DNA of 64,000 nucleotides from Candidatus Heimdallarchaeota archaeon (GTDB taxonomy: Archaea > Asgardarchaeota > Heimdallarchaeia > Heimdallarchaeales > Heimdallarchaeaceae). The notes beneath the pieces are model-generated. The model saw nothing but the letters and a program-made list of their open reading frames with translations, was not told where the DNA came from and did not search any database. Made by a program: the position numbers and the translations under genes. Below, piece after piece: positions 26,599 through 36,232 of this stretch; position 1 is the first letter of the stretch, and the number at the start of each line of letters is the position of its first letter. The stretch spans positions 1 through 64,000 of the forward strand of contig DXJF01000053.1 of the NCBI GenBank assembly GCA_019057375.1, read 5' to 3'.

Positions 26599-27549
26599 AT
26601 GATTATTGATGGACATACAGATGTACTATGGGCTCTGACTAGAGAAAACAGAAAATTTTCTGAAGAATCAGATATAGGGCATGTTGATCTTCATAGATTA
26701 AGAAAAGGAAGAGTTTTTGCAGCTTTCTTTGCAGTATTTCCTGCTAGGAGTGATTTTGACATTTATAGAGGTGTGGATCAATGGTTCTCTTTAATTGAAG
26801 ACCAAGATAATAGTATTCTACAAGTAAAGACAGTAGAGGATATAAATAAATGTAAAATGAATGATAAAATTGGAGCTGTTTTGCATTTTGAGGGTTCTGG
26901 TGGGATAGATAGTGAATTTTTGACTTTGAAGAATTATTACAGATTGGGCTTAAGAAGTATTGGTCTAAGTTGGTCTAATGTTAATAGATTTGCTACAGGA
27001 GTTACATTTAACATGTTATCAGGAGAAAGTTTTGAACAGGAAAGAGGGTTGACAGATACTGGTAAGGAATTGGTAAAAGAATTAAATAATTTAGGTATAA
27101 TTGCTGATGTCAGTCATTTGAACGAGAAATCTTTTTGGGATGTAATCGACCAAACTAGTAAGCCTATAATTGCATCACACAGCAATGTTTATGCTATTTG
27201 TAACCATCCAAGAAATTTGAAGGATGAACAGATTCGAGCAATTGCTGAAACTAATGGAACAATAGGTCTTAATTTCTGTGTATCTTTTCTTTCTGATAAT
27301 AAGAAAAAAGATCAAATTCAATTAGAAGATTTGAAAAAACATGTTGATTATATTGTAGAATTAGTAGGAATCGACCACATTAGTTTCGGATCAGATTATG
27401 ATGGGGCTACAGTACCTGATGTTGTCAAGGATGTTAGTTATTATCCTGTATTAGTTGATTATCTGGAAACAAATGGGTATAATAAAGAAGATTTACAAAA
27501 AATAGAATCTCAGAATTTTCTGAGAGTTATGAAAGAAGTCTGGAAATAA
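26599..27549 (+). CDS. membrane dipeptidase (peptidase M19, renal dipeptidase family)
   Basis: IIDGHTD, HVDLHRLRKG, HFEG, DVSHL, ASHSN, RNLKDEQI, GSDYDG. Confidence 0.92.
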   Translation: MIIDGHTDVLWALTRENRKFSEESDIGHVDLHRLRKGRVFAAFFAVFPARSDFDIYRGVDQWFSLIEDQDNSILQVKTVEDINKCKMNDKIGAVLHFEGSGGIDSEFLTLKNYYRLGLRSIGLSWSNVNRFATGVTFNMLSGESFEQERGLTDTGKELVKELNNLGIIADVSHLNEKSFWDVIDQTSKPIIASHSNVYAICNHPRNLKDEQIRAIAETNGTIGLNFCVSFLSDNKKKDQIQLEDLKKHVDYIVELVGIDHISFGSDYDGATVPDVVKDVSYYPVLVDYLETNGYNKEDLQKIESQNFLRVMKEVWK

Positions 27550-28017
27550 TCATTCTTCTTCTTTTTCAATTTCTACAAGCTCTAGTTGTCGTCCATATCC
27601 AGAATCAATTTCATCTATAATTCCAGATTCAATTAGTTTGTCTACTCTTTCACGAATAATCCTTCTAGAAGCAGATCCTCTCTCTTTTCTAACTTGTTCA
27701 GTTAATTGTGAGATATTTAGTCTTTTTTTCTTGTCTAAAGCTACAATTATAGATTTTGAGATTGAATCATATTTTAGATCAGGAAATCTTTGCAAAATAG
27801 TGTCTTTTAGTGTTAGAGTTTGTGAAGCAACCGTTAAAGGAACTTTTGAAAATTGTAAAGTAGAAGTGAGAATTTGTAGTAAATTCATCATCTGTTTTAG
27901 TTCTGGGTTATTGTCTGAAACTTTGTGCTGTAGATTGTTTATTTGAAGAATCACATAATTGATTTTTTCTTCAAGTTCTGATATTCTACTATCTAACGCT
28001 TTTTCATTTTCGGACAT
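27550..28017 (-). CDS. coiled-coil plus winged-HTH putative transcriptional regulator
   Basis: N-terminal heptads; C-terminal SIIVAL...LNISQLTEQV...SRRIIRERVDKLIESGII. Confidence 0.7.
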   Translation of the reverse strand: MSENEKALDSRISELEEKINYVILQINNLQHKVSDNNPELKQMMNLLQILTSTLQFSKVPLTVASQTLTLKDTILQRFPDLKYDSISKSIIVALDKKKRLNISQLTEQVRKERGSASRRIIRERVDKLIESGIIDEIDSGYGRQLELVEIEKEEE

Positions 28018-28042
28018 AGATGAAACCTTTCTTGCTTGAATC

Positions 28043-28312
28043 TTAACTTACTTCTTTTCTCATTTTCAAAATACTGCTAAAACTGAAAAGTTTAGTGAAA
28101 TCCTTGTAGGATTCAGCTATTTCTTTTCTTAGTAGTTTTGGAATACCACCTTTCTTAAGCTCTTTTTTTAGTGCTCTTTGATTTCTGATTCTCTTTATCG
28201 GATTCGTTATGATATAATATAATAACATTAATGGAAGAACTAATATTAAATAAGAAATATAATTGATAGATACTACAATTGAATATAATTTATCTGTCAA
28301 TATCGACACCAA
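28043..28312 (-). CDS. small single-TM membrane protein
   Basis: 89 aa, TM ISYLILVLPLMLLYYII followed by a basic tail; co-oriented in a 3-gene cassette. Confidence 0.6.
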   Translation of the reverse strand: MVSILTDKLYSIVVSINYISYLILVLPLMLLYYIITNPIKRIRNQRALKKELKKGGIPKLLRKEIAESYKDFTKLFSFSSILKMRKEVS

Positions 28313-28321
28313 CTATTTCTT

Positions 28322-28669
28322 TTAATCATCGTCGTCTGATCTTACATTAATGTTAGATTTCAGAGCTTTTCCTACTATATCGAAAGATTTAGAGAAATTC
28401 ATGATTATTTCTCTTACCATATCCTCAGGTAATCCTTGCCCTGTAAGCTGCTCATGTAGAGCAACGATTCCTTTACCATAATTGGTAGCTATTTCAGGAT
28501 CATAGATTGCTGAAAAGATATTCTTGATTAGTGCAGGAACCTCTCCAGAAACCGCGCCAAGAAGTTCTTTTATCTCAGCAGCATCAGTAATTTCTTTAGA
28601 TTTACCTTTTGATTTAACTTTTTTCTCTATTTCTTCTCCAAGTTTTTCTCCTAATTCATCAAAGTTCAT
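28322..28669 (-). CDS. hypothetical helical protein
   Basis: 115 aa, GGTGA RBS upstream; first gene of the cassette. Confidence 0.75.
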   Translation of the reverse strand: MNFDELGEKLGEEIEKKVKSKGKSKEITDAAEIKELLGAVSGEVPALIKNIFSAIYDPEIATNYGKGIVALHEQLTGQGLPEDMVREIIMNFSKSFDIVGKALKSNINVRSDDDD

Positions 28670-28704
28670 TCATTTCACCTTAAGTTTTGTATGCTTATAT
28701 TGAT

Positions 28705-28742
28705 TGGTCACAGATATTTAAGATGCTGGTCACTATTGACCA
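28705..28742. promoter_or_regulatory. palindromic operator candidate flanking a TATA-like box
   Basis: TGGTCA-CTAT-TGACCA at 28727-28742, extra TGGTCAC half-site at 28705-28711, with minus-strand CTTAAATA between them. Confidence 0.6.
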
Positions 28743-28767
28743 CTCAGTTTTCGTATTCTTAAGTTTT

Positions 28768-30138
28768 TCAGATTAAATGCTTTCTTCTTTCAATAATTAT
28801 TGAAAGGATTATTGACAAAACAAAAGTACAAATCGCGAATCCTAAAGCAAAGCCTAACATTCCTATTAACCCTTTTGACGATCTATCAGCTACAAAACCC
28901 ATTAGTAAGGTTGCCGAGATTGAACCAGCAATTCCAATTGTGTTGAATAGACCAAATGCTGTTGCTCTTCTAAGTTTATTTGAGAAAGTTCCAACTAGAC
29001 CAGTTAGACAAATAGTTGAGATTATATACGTTGGGAAGCTATAGACTATCAGACCTAGAGTAACATTTAGAGGGTATAATGTCATTAGTAAATAGATAAG
29101 TATTTGTAGAAATGTGAAAGAAATAACAGCTGAAGTAATTTTTCGTATTTTTGCTAATCTTCCTAATAGTAATGATAATACAACTCCAATCGTGGTCGTA
29201 CCTATTAGAAAATAGCTGAAATAAACTGCAGGTGCTCTTAGAAAATCTATGAAATAGAGTGAAGCATATGACCAAAAACCTCCTGATGTAGCATTTTGAA
29301 AGAAAGCAATTAACATTAGAACAACAAAAATAAGTTTAAACTCCGATAGTTTTCCTATTTTCTTTGATTCTTGTGCTTTCGCTTGTTTTTTCTCTCTTCT
29401 TTCCTCTTTTGTGAAAAGTATAAAAATTGAAGCAATTGCACAGCTTACAATTGCTATGAACAATTGAACTCCTTGAGCTGGATGATTTACTAATTCATCG
29501 GAGAAGAATTTTGAAAGTACGCTTGCGAAGTTTAGAATACCATTTGTAGGTGTTTGAGCATTCAGACTAATAATTGAACTGACAGATGAAGAAGAATACC
29601 AGTTTAAGCTGAAAGTAGCTGCATTGTCGTGAATTAGTGCAGCAATAGGACTGGCGACCAACCAAGCTAAGCTAAATGTTGCTGCTATCTCCCCCAAGAT
29701 TACTTCTTTCTTCTTAGAAGAAGTTAGAGTGGCATAAGAATAGATATTTGATGTTTGTCCTGAAATGAAGATGTAACCTACTAGCATCACAGCTAGAAAA
29801 GCATATGGATTATTAATGAACATCAAAGTGAAATACATCAAACCTGCTGCAATAAATCCCATAAAGACAAATCTTTTATTTCCAAATTTATCACTCATTA
29901 TCCCCCATAATGTAGTTCCAATAACTATCACAAAATAAGGAATTATAGCTACAAAGCCTAGAATAGAATACTGTTCTACATTAAAAATTTGAGTTAACCA
30001 TATTGGCGCATATGGTGAAAACATTGCTGTAGACATACCAAGAAAGAAAATTCCTGTAAGAATAAGAATCTCATTCCTTTCCATGAAAAAGAATTTCTTC
30101 TTAGCCATTTCGGTATTCACAAAATTTAAGATTTTCAC
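28768..30138 (-). CDS. MFS transporter
   Basis: about 12 TM helices, motif A WGIMSDKFGNKR. Confidence 0.9.
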   Translation of the reverse strand: MKILNFVNTEMAKKKFFFMERNEILILTGIFFLGMSTAMFSPYAPIWLTQIFNVEQYSILGFVAIIPYFVIVIGTTLWGIMSDKFGNKRFVFMGFIAAGLMYFTLMFINNPYAFLAVMLVGYIFISGQTSNIYSYATLTSSKKKEVILGEIAATFSLAWLVASPIAALIHDNAATFSLNWYSSSSVSSIISLNAQTPTNGILNFASVLSKFFSDELVNHPAQGVQLFIAIVSCAIASIFILFTKEERREKKQAKAQESKKIGKLSEFKLIFVVLMLIAFFQNATSGGFWSYASLYFIDFLRAPAVYFSYFLIGTTTIGVVLSLLLGRLAKIRKITSAVISFTFLQILIYLLMTLYPLNVTLGLIVYSFPTYIISTICLTGLVGTFSNKLRRATAFGLFNTIGIAGSISATLLMGFVADRSSKGLIGMLGFALGFAICTFVLSIILSIIIERRKHLI

Positions 30139-30238
30139 AGTTTAATAAGTTTTATTACGTTTCTTTCCAAACTAAACAGAAGCGAAAAGTTGATATTATT
30201 ATCAATTTATAATCCTATGAAAGAGTGTTCGATCAGCA

Positions 30239-31411
30239 ATGAGCGAAAATGAACCTACAAGTGTTAAAGAAATATTAATTGAGATAAAGACGCTCTCAGA
30301 AATTTGTGTAGATTTATCATTTGCATCTTTACTTTATTCTGATAAATTAGTAGCTGAACAAGTTTTAATTTTAGAAGAAAAAATAGATGGTTTGTACAAA
30401 AATCTATTGGATAGATTGTCAGTATCAATAAAAAGCTTAAATCTAGCAGAGCAGCTGAGGATTTATTATATAATCGGTGAGGCTAACAATTTAATTTCTG
30501 ATTCAGCAGCTGATATGGCATCATTAGTTTTATTGGATTATGATGTTTCAGATGAGCTTAAACATATTCAACAACACATGGATCAAATTGTAGACCTAAT
30601 CCGTTTAGATGAAAAGTCCTGTTTATGTGGAAAATCAGAGATTGGAGCTGATTTGCATGATCTAATCGGAATTGACGTGATAGGAATTATAAGATCAGAG
30701 AATGAGCTCTTGCTTAACTATGATGAAGTGATGCTTGCTGGGGATTTGCTCATCTTTAGAGGACCCTTAGAATATGTAAATCAATTCATAGAATTAGCAA
30801 GCGGAAGAACTAAATCAGTCGAAGAAGCGAGAGAAAAGATTATTTCTGAAGATTTAGACCATCCAAAAGATGAATTGAAGTATCATCAAGACTTGTTAGT
30901 TACGATGAAAGAATCAGCTGAGTTAATTGTTGATTTAGCTTATCTTTATGCATTAGAAGATTTACCAGAAGTGAAGAATTTAATCATGACAACTGAAGAT
31001 AAAGTGGACAAACTACAATTCGAGCTCATTGAAGAAGTTCTACGATTGTATAAGCAAGATCTGATGAACGATAAAACTCTAATGGCTTATCTAAGGATGG
31101 CCGATTCTTTTGAGGAAATAGCTGATGCAGCAACAAAAATAGCTTTTGGAGTTACAATGAGACATAAACCTTATTCCCTTCTAGAAGATGTAGTAGATGA
31201 TTCATCTGAAGCTTTAGATTACATTCATGTTGCGAGAGGTTCTCATTATATAGGGATGACTGTACGAGAAGCTGAATTAACAGATGATTTCTTTCAGATA
31301 TTAGCTTTAAGAAAGAAAGGGCAATATTTCTTCTTCCCAAAAGATGAAGCAAAGATTCATTTAGGTGATGCTTTGCTAATCAAAGAATATTCTAGTCCTG
31401 AAGATGAATAA
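30239..31411 (+). CDS. tandem PhoU-like / TrkA-C (RCK_C) domain protein
   Basis: two copies of [E..VDLAY/F..L...E..VD.L...E..AD.A] each followed by a TrkA-C-like segment (DVIGIIRS; QILALRKKG...GDALLI). Confidence 0.75.
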   Translation: MSENEPTSVKEILIEIKTLSEICVDLSFASLLYSDKLVAEQVLILEEKIDGLYKNLLDRLSVSIKSLNLAEQLRIYYIIGEANNLISDSAADMASLVLLDYDVSDELKHIQQHMDQIVDLIRLDEKSCLCGKSEIGADLHDLIGIDVIGIIRSENELLLNYDEVMLAGDLLIFRGPLEYVNQFIELASGRTKSVEEAREKIISEDLDHPKDELKYHQDLLVTMKESAELIVDLAYLYALEDLPEVKNLIMTTEDKVDKLQFELIEEVLRLYKQDLMNDKTLMAYLRMADSFEEIADAATKIAFGVTMRHKPYSLLEDVVDDSSEALDYIHVARGSHYIGMTVREAELTDDFFQILALRKKGQYFFFPKDEAKIHLGDALLIKEYSSPEDE

Positions 31412-31413
31412 AA

Positions 31414-32244
31414 TTAAAGCAGAAGTTTTAACCACTCAACTAGATCAGAAAAAGCTTTATCTCTTTTTTCTTTAGTTTCTGTATACATTTCATGTTTGGA
31501 ATCTTTATACATTTTTACTGTAACATCTGAATTTTCCAAATCATCAATTAACTCATCCAGATCTACTATCATTGTGTCAAGTTCTCCTTTTTGGATTAGT
31601 ACTGGAATTTTTATTGAACTGATTTTATCTTTTACATCTTTGTAGTGATCAATCAAATTCAAACCATAGGACGCTGAAGCTTGTTTGTAATTAATTAAAG
31701 GATCAGTAACATAATCCTGAACAGATTCTGGATCCGAGGATATTTCTTCAGGTATAATCCCAGCAGGACCTTTAAAAGTTGGAAGAATTTTATTCATAAG
31801 CCTTGCAAGAATATTAAGAGCTGGAGGTAGAGGTGGAATTCTAGCACCAGATCCTGATAAAACCAATCCAGTTATCTCCTCTTGATGTTTGATTGCATAA
31901 CGTTGTGCAACTAATGATCCCATTGAATGACCTATAACAACAATTGGTACATCTTTATGATTATTTTGTATAATTTTTGTCAAACTAAAACAATCGACAA
32001 CATAATCATCAAGGCTTCTAATATGATTTCTTCTTCCTTCACTCTTTCCATGACCTCTATGATCATTCCCATAAACTGCAAATCCGTTGTCTGTAAGGTA
32101 TTTTACAAGGTGCTTATACCTTCCTGTGTGTTCAACTCCCCCATGGATTATCTGAATAATTGCATTAGGTTCCTTATGAATCCAAGCTTGATAGAAAATC
32201 CTGTGGTTTTTTCCACCTACAAAATAATCTAGTTTATGCTCCAT
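31414..32244 (-). CDS. alpha/beta hydrolase, lysophospholipase/monoglyceride lipase family
   Basis: IIHGGVEHTGRY, DHRGHGKS, nucleophile GHSMG, terminal KHEM. Confidence 0.92.
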   Translation of the reverse strand: MEHKLDYFVGGKNHRIFYQAWIHKEPNAIIQIIHGGVEHTGRYKHLVKYLTDNGFAVYGNDHRGHGKSEGRRNHIRSLDDYVVDCFSLTKIIQNNHKDVPIVVIGHSMGSLVAQRYAIKHQEEITGLVLSGSGARIPPLPPALNILARLMNKILPTFKGPAGIIPEEISSDPESVQDYVTDPLINYKQASASYGLNLIDHYKDVKDKISSIKIPVLIQKGELDTMIVDLDELIDDLENSDVTVKMYKDSKHEMYTETKEKRDKAFSDLVEWLKLLL

Positions 32245-32275
32245 AAAAAAAGTAAGAAGAAAGTACTCTTTAAAT

Positions 32276-33175
32276 CTAATTGTCCAATTCAGTTTTTTCT
32301 AAAACAAAATTGCTAAGTTCGATTAACATATTCTGAATTTTTTGAACTTCTTTATCTTCTGAATCAATTTCGAGTACTGATTTCTTTTCAATCATAGCTT
32401 TAACAAAAACGGGATTATAAGGTATCTTCTCTATTATCGGAAATGTTTCTTGAAATTCTTTTTCTATTTTCTGTGAAATATCCTCATTAATGTCAGATTG
32501 GTTAATAATAATGTATCCTGGAATTTTAAATATTTTTAACAGCTGTAGAATCCTATCTAAATCATGATAACCTGATAGTGTAGGCTCTGTAACAACTAGT
32601 GCTAGATCAGCTCCAACTAATGAACTGACTACTGGACAACCTATTCCTGGAGAACCATCAATTAAGACTAGTTTTCGCCCTTGTTCCTCAGCTGTTTGTT
32701 TTGCAACTTTTCTTACTTCAGCAACTAACAAACCGGAGCTTTCCTCTCCAGGATAGAGTCTAGCATGAATCATCTTTCCAATTCGAGTGTCAGAAATATA
32801 GTATTGACCAGATATGTTGTCTAGCATTTCTATTGCTGAAATTGGACACATATGATAGCAAGCTGCACATCCTTCACATTTAGTTGGATTTACTATAAAA
32901 TCATCAGAAATTGAATCAAATCTACAAGTTTCTAAACAAATCCCACATTCTGTACATAAGTCTAAATCAATTTTAGCTTTCTTTAATCCTTCAAAATCGA
33001 AAGAAACAGTTTTTACTGGCTCAAATATTAGATATAGGTCTGCTGCGTCTACATCAGCATCTGCAAGAATAATCTTATCTTGAAGATTGCTTGCTAAAGC
33101 AGCTATAATTGAACTTTTCCCTGTTCCTCCCTTTCCAGAAATAACTGTTAATTGTTTGATTTTCTCTTCTTTCAT
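32276..33175 (-). CDS. MinD-superfamily P-loop ATPase with inserted 2x[4Fe-4S] ferredoxin domain
   Basis: SGKGGTGKS, DADVD, CTECGICLETC, CEGCAACYHMC, DGSPGIGCPV. Confidence 0.9.
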   Translation of the reverse strand: MKEEKIKQLTVISGKGGTGKSSIIAALASNLQDKIILADADVDAADLYLIFEPVKTVSFDFEGLKKAKIDLDLCTECGICLETCRFDSISDDFIVNPTKCEGCAACYHMCPISAIEMLDNISGQYYISDTRIGKMIHARLYPGEESSGLLVAEVRKVAKQTAEEQGRKLVLIDGSPGIGCPVVSSLVGADLALVVTEPTLSGYHDLDRILQLLKIFKIPGYIIINQSDINEDISQKIEKEFQETFPIIEKIPYNPVFVKAMIEKKSVLEIDSEDKEVQKIQNMLIELSNFVLEKTELDN

Positions 33176-34008
33176 TCTAAAGCCTCCCCTATATCAACAA
33201 TCATTTTTTTAAGTTTTGAATCCATTTCAGGAAGAACATTTAAGAAAGGAACTCCTTTAGAATAGTTCTTGGCTATTTCTAGATCGAAAGGAATTTTGAG
33301 AAGAACAGGTATTTCTTCCTTTTGACAGAACAATTCTAATTCCTCATTTCCTACCCCATCTTTGTTTATAACTACTCCAAACTTCTTTTCCAGAATCCTT
33401 AATGTTTTTACAACCATTTTCATATCAGAAAGTCCAAATGGTGTTGGTTCGCTGACTAAAATGACGTAATCTGAATCAATAACCGTTTCAACCATTGGAC
33501 ATGAGGATCCAGGGGGTGAATCAATCACGATAATGGGTTTATCTTTAGAAATTAATTGTTTTAACTGAGAAATTACAGGAGTTGATAGTTCTTCACCTAC
33601 TATCAATGATCCGAAATTAAAGAGAAATTCTTTATTTTCACCTTCGTAGAGATAACCAATGGTTCTAGGTACTTCAGTGATAGCATTTTCAGGACATATT
33701 TTGCTACATAATCCGCAACCATGGCACATTTTTTCAAAAACAAGAATCTGATCTGGAACTTTCATAAGTGCATTATATTCACAATTTGAACTACAAGCAC
33801 CGCATAAAGTGCACAAATCATAATTAATCTCAGGAATAGGAATCTTTGCTTCTGCTACTAGTTTAGTATCTAAGTCCAGAAATAAAGAACAATTAGGCTC
33901 ATCAACATCTGCATCAAGAAGCTGAACGTTCTCTAATGTCATCGCTAAACTAACAGCAAGAGAGGTTTTTCCAGTTCCTCCTTTGCCGGAAACTATTGTT
34001 ATTTGCAT
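33172..34008 (-). CDS. MinD-superfamily P-loop ATPase with inserted ferredoxin domain (partner paralogue)
   Basis: SGKGGTGKT, DADVDEPN, CTLCGACSSNC, CHGCGLCSKIC, DSPPGSSCP. Confidence 0.9.
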   Translation of the reverse strand: MQITIVSGKGGTGKTSLAVSLAMTLENVQLLDADVDEPNCSLFLDLDTKLVAEAKIPIPEINYDLCTLCGACSSNCEYNALMKVPDQILVFEKMCHGCGLCSKICPENAITEVPRTIGYLYEGENKEFLFNFGSLIVGEELSTPVISQLKQLISKDKPIIVIDSPPGSSCPMVETVIDSDYVILVSEPTPFGLSDMKMVVKTLRILEKKFGVVINKDGVGNEELELFCQKEEIPVLLKIPFDLEIAKNYSKGVPFLNVLPEMDSKLKKMIVDIGEALE

Positions 34009-34025
34009 TGGTTGTTTCCTTCAGT

Positions 34026-34382
34026 TTAGTGTTTACATCCGTCGTCGTGTGTAGCTTTGTGCAATTTGCCTTCCTTAAAGAAATCAATAGTTTCTTTGAG
34101 TGTCCCCACTGCACCCATATATACGTGTAATCCAAGCTGTGCTCCTAAAGCAACTGCTCTAGCACCAGCTCCTTTACAAAATACTCCATTACATTTGTCA
34201 GCTAAAAACTCCATTGGAAGCCCAACACCACCTTTGTGATCGCTTCTGTTTTCAATCATATTTATTGTGTCTGTTTCTTCATCCCATATAGCAAAATAGG
34301 GCACATGTCCAAAGTGTTGTCCTACAATAGAATTCCAATCATCATTATTATCTAAAGGTACTGCATATTTCATTTTTTTCAC
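34026..34382 (-). CDS. NifB/NifX family (FeMo-cofactor-binding-like) protein
   Basis: YAVP...HFGHVPYF...GAGARA. Confidence 0.85.
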   Translation of the reverse strand: MKKMKYAVPLDNNDDWNSIVGQHFGHVPYFAIWDEETDTINMIENRSDHKGGVGLPMEFLADKCNGVFCKGAGARAVALGAQLGLHVYMGAVGTLKETIDFFKEGKLHKATHDDGCKH

Positions 34383-34721
34383 CTATAATTTTCTTAATTC
34401 ATCTTTTTTCCATTTATCTATTAAATTTTTGACAGGAATTGGTTCTCCCTGAAAAATTGTTATTTGCGCTGCTCGAAGTGCACCGTCTGCATTGGGTCCC
34501 AATTGAGGGACTATCACAGATTGAATTTGCTTACTACTTAGAAACTCAACAGCTCTCGGACCTGCTCCACCTCGTGCTCCAACTGCTGGGTTAGCAACCA
34601 CAACAGATGAATCATCTTCTGTATCAAAAATGCAGAAGTAGCTAGCTCGTCCAAATCTTTCAAACATTATCGGATTGTCATCTTTTGATGATACTGGTAT
34701 AGCAACTTTCAAATTATTCAT
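34383..34721 (-). CDS. NifB/NifX family protein (start revised to the ATG at 34721)
   Basis: KVAIP...RFGRASYF...NP...GGAG...GPNA; revised start overlaps the DUF134 stop by 8 nt. Confidence 0.85.
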   Translation of the reverse strand: MNNLKVAIPVSSKDDNPIMFERFGRASYFCIFDTEDDSSVVVANPAVGARGGAGPRAVEFLSSKQIQSVIVPQLGPNADGALRAAQITIFQGEPIPVKNLIDKWKKDELRKL

Positions 34722-35010
34722 CTTCCTTTTCTTCAGGCTCTTCAAACAAAATAGCTTTTGTACTGAAAAATGCCTCAGCAATTTTAGAATGAGCAGTAGC
34801 CAAATCTCGGCTGAAAGAAGCTTGGGATATACCCATCTTTTCAGCAGCAGAATTCTGTTTAATCGATAGAAAATCAGAGTAATAAAGAGCAGTGATTTCC
34901 TCTTTGGTTAAAGTAATCTGTTCTAAATCTTTCATGGGTACGGCTAAGGGCTTAAAGACGTGTCCTTCGTAAGAAATGCAACGTCGCTCTATTTTGCGAT
35001 TCTGAACCAT
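34714..35010 (-). CDS. DUF134 / UPF0251 HTH DNA-binding protein
   Basis: RCI...FKP...ITLTKEEITAL...QNSAAEKMGISQASFSRDLATAHSKIAEA. Confidence 0.85.
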   Translation of the reverse strand: MVQNRKIERRCISYEGHVFKPLAVPMKDLEQITLTKEEITALYYSDFLSIKQNSAAEKMGISQASFSRDLATAHSKIAEAFFSTKAILFEEPEEKEDE

Positions 35011-35049
35011 GATAAACGATTTATCTAATTAACTATATAAGACTATAGG

Positions 35050-35067
35050 TATGAATAATTATTCATA
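35050..35067. promoter_or_regulatory. perfect 18-bp palindrome, candidate DUF134 operator
   Basis: TATGAATAATTATTCATA equals its own reverse complement; 40 nt upstream of the DUF134 start. Confidence 0.65.
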
Positions 35068-35164
35068 GAATTTAACTTATGTCAATTAGAAAGATTTATC
35101 TTGTTTGATAGAAAGAAACAAAAAGACACAAGGATGCAAAAACATAATTTAGCAGAGTGATGGT

Positions 35165-36172
35165 TTGTCATTAAAGGGATTCATAATTAGAAGAGTGTTA
35201 TATATTGTTCCAGTTATGCTTGGAATTACTTTGATGAATTTCACTCTAATCAATGTCAGCCCAGGAGATCCAGTTATAGTTAGACTTGGATTGATTCACT
35301 GTGATAATCCAGAGTGTTATAATAATGCATACAATCGAGAAGCAATAGAAATGGGATTGATGGACAGAGATTTATACACAATTCCGTGGTTCACAAGATA
35401 TGTGGATTATGTTAGTGATTTACTGCGTTTTGACTTTGGAAACTCTTGGTACAACACACAAGCAGGGATAGGGATACCTATATCGAAAATAATTGCGGAT
35501 CATGCATCGTATACAGTGATACTAAACGTTATTTCGTTTGTACTATCATTAGTATTATCTACAGCAATAGGTGTGGTTTCAGCAACAAGAAGAAACAGTT
35601 TCTGGGATAGATCACTAACTATAGCGATGTTATTGGGATACTCGATGCCTCTGTTTTGGATAGCTAAGCTGTTTATGTTCTTATCTTTCAAATTATTTAA
35701 TTTTACTGGAGTAACAAATAAGGATGCGTTTGTGAAGCCACTATTACTTAATCCAAGCTTCTACAAATATCTGATATTACCAACACTAGCATTGACTTTG
35801 GGGCATCTGGTTTTTATGGCAAGATTGATTAGATCACAATTGCTGGAAATATTAAGGCAAGATTATATAACAACAGCAAGAGCGAAAGGAGTTAAAAGCA
35901 GAGGAGTAATTTACAAACACGCATTCAGAAATGGATTGCTTCCAATAGTAACAATAGTAGGAAATTCTTTACCAGGTTTACTAGCAGGGTCTGTGATGAT
36001 TGAAACTGTGTTTGGGTGGCCTGGGTTAGGCACTTACTTTCTGGAAGGAGCGCTCTTCAGGGACTACCCCATGATGATGGCAACAAATACGATCTTTCCG
36101 TTTCTTTTCCTTGTAGCACGTTTACTTACGGATATCACGTATGTCTTTATTGACCCAAGGGTTAAATACTAA
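35165..36172 (+). CDS. dppB: peptide/nickel ABC transporter permease (DppB/OppB family), orphan
   Basis: FIIRR..., PGDP, FDFGNS, SMPLFW, LPTLAL, DYITTARAKG, HAFRN, DPRVKY; TTG start; no partner ABC genes adjacent. Confidence 0.9.
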   Translation: MSLKGFIIRRVLYIVPVMLGITLMNFTLINVSPGDPVIVRLGLIHCDNPECYNNAYNREAIEMGLMDRDLYTIPWFTRYVDYVSDLLRFDFGNSWYNTQAGIGIPISKIIADHASYTVILNVISFVLSLVLSTAIGVVSATRRNSFWDRSLTIAMLLGYSMPLFWIAKLFMFLSFKLFNFTGVTNKDAFVKPLLLNPSFYKYLILPTLALTLGHLVFMARLIRSQLLEILRQDYITTARAKGVKSRGVIYKHAFRNGLLPIVTIVGNSLPGLLAGSVMIETVFGWPGLGTYFLEGALFRDYPMMMATNTIFPFLFLVARLLTDITYVFIDPRVKY

Positions 36173-36232
36173 TCCTCTTTTCTTTAATTTTTAGTATCAC
36201 AAAATTAAAAATATAGTTCATGCTACGCTTTA

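Noticed and set aside
34026-34721. Nitrogen fixation inferred from NifB/NifX-family genes
   Set aside because: These small domains are widespread in non-diazotrophs; no nifHDK in the window
34722-34781. ORF-track N-terminal extension of the NifX protein
   Set aside because: Overlaps DUF134; the family alignment starts at MNNLKVAIP (34721)
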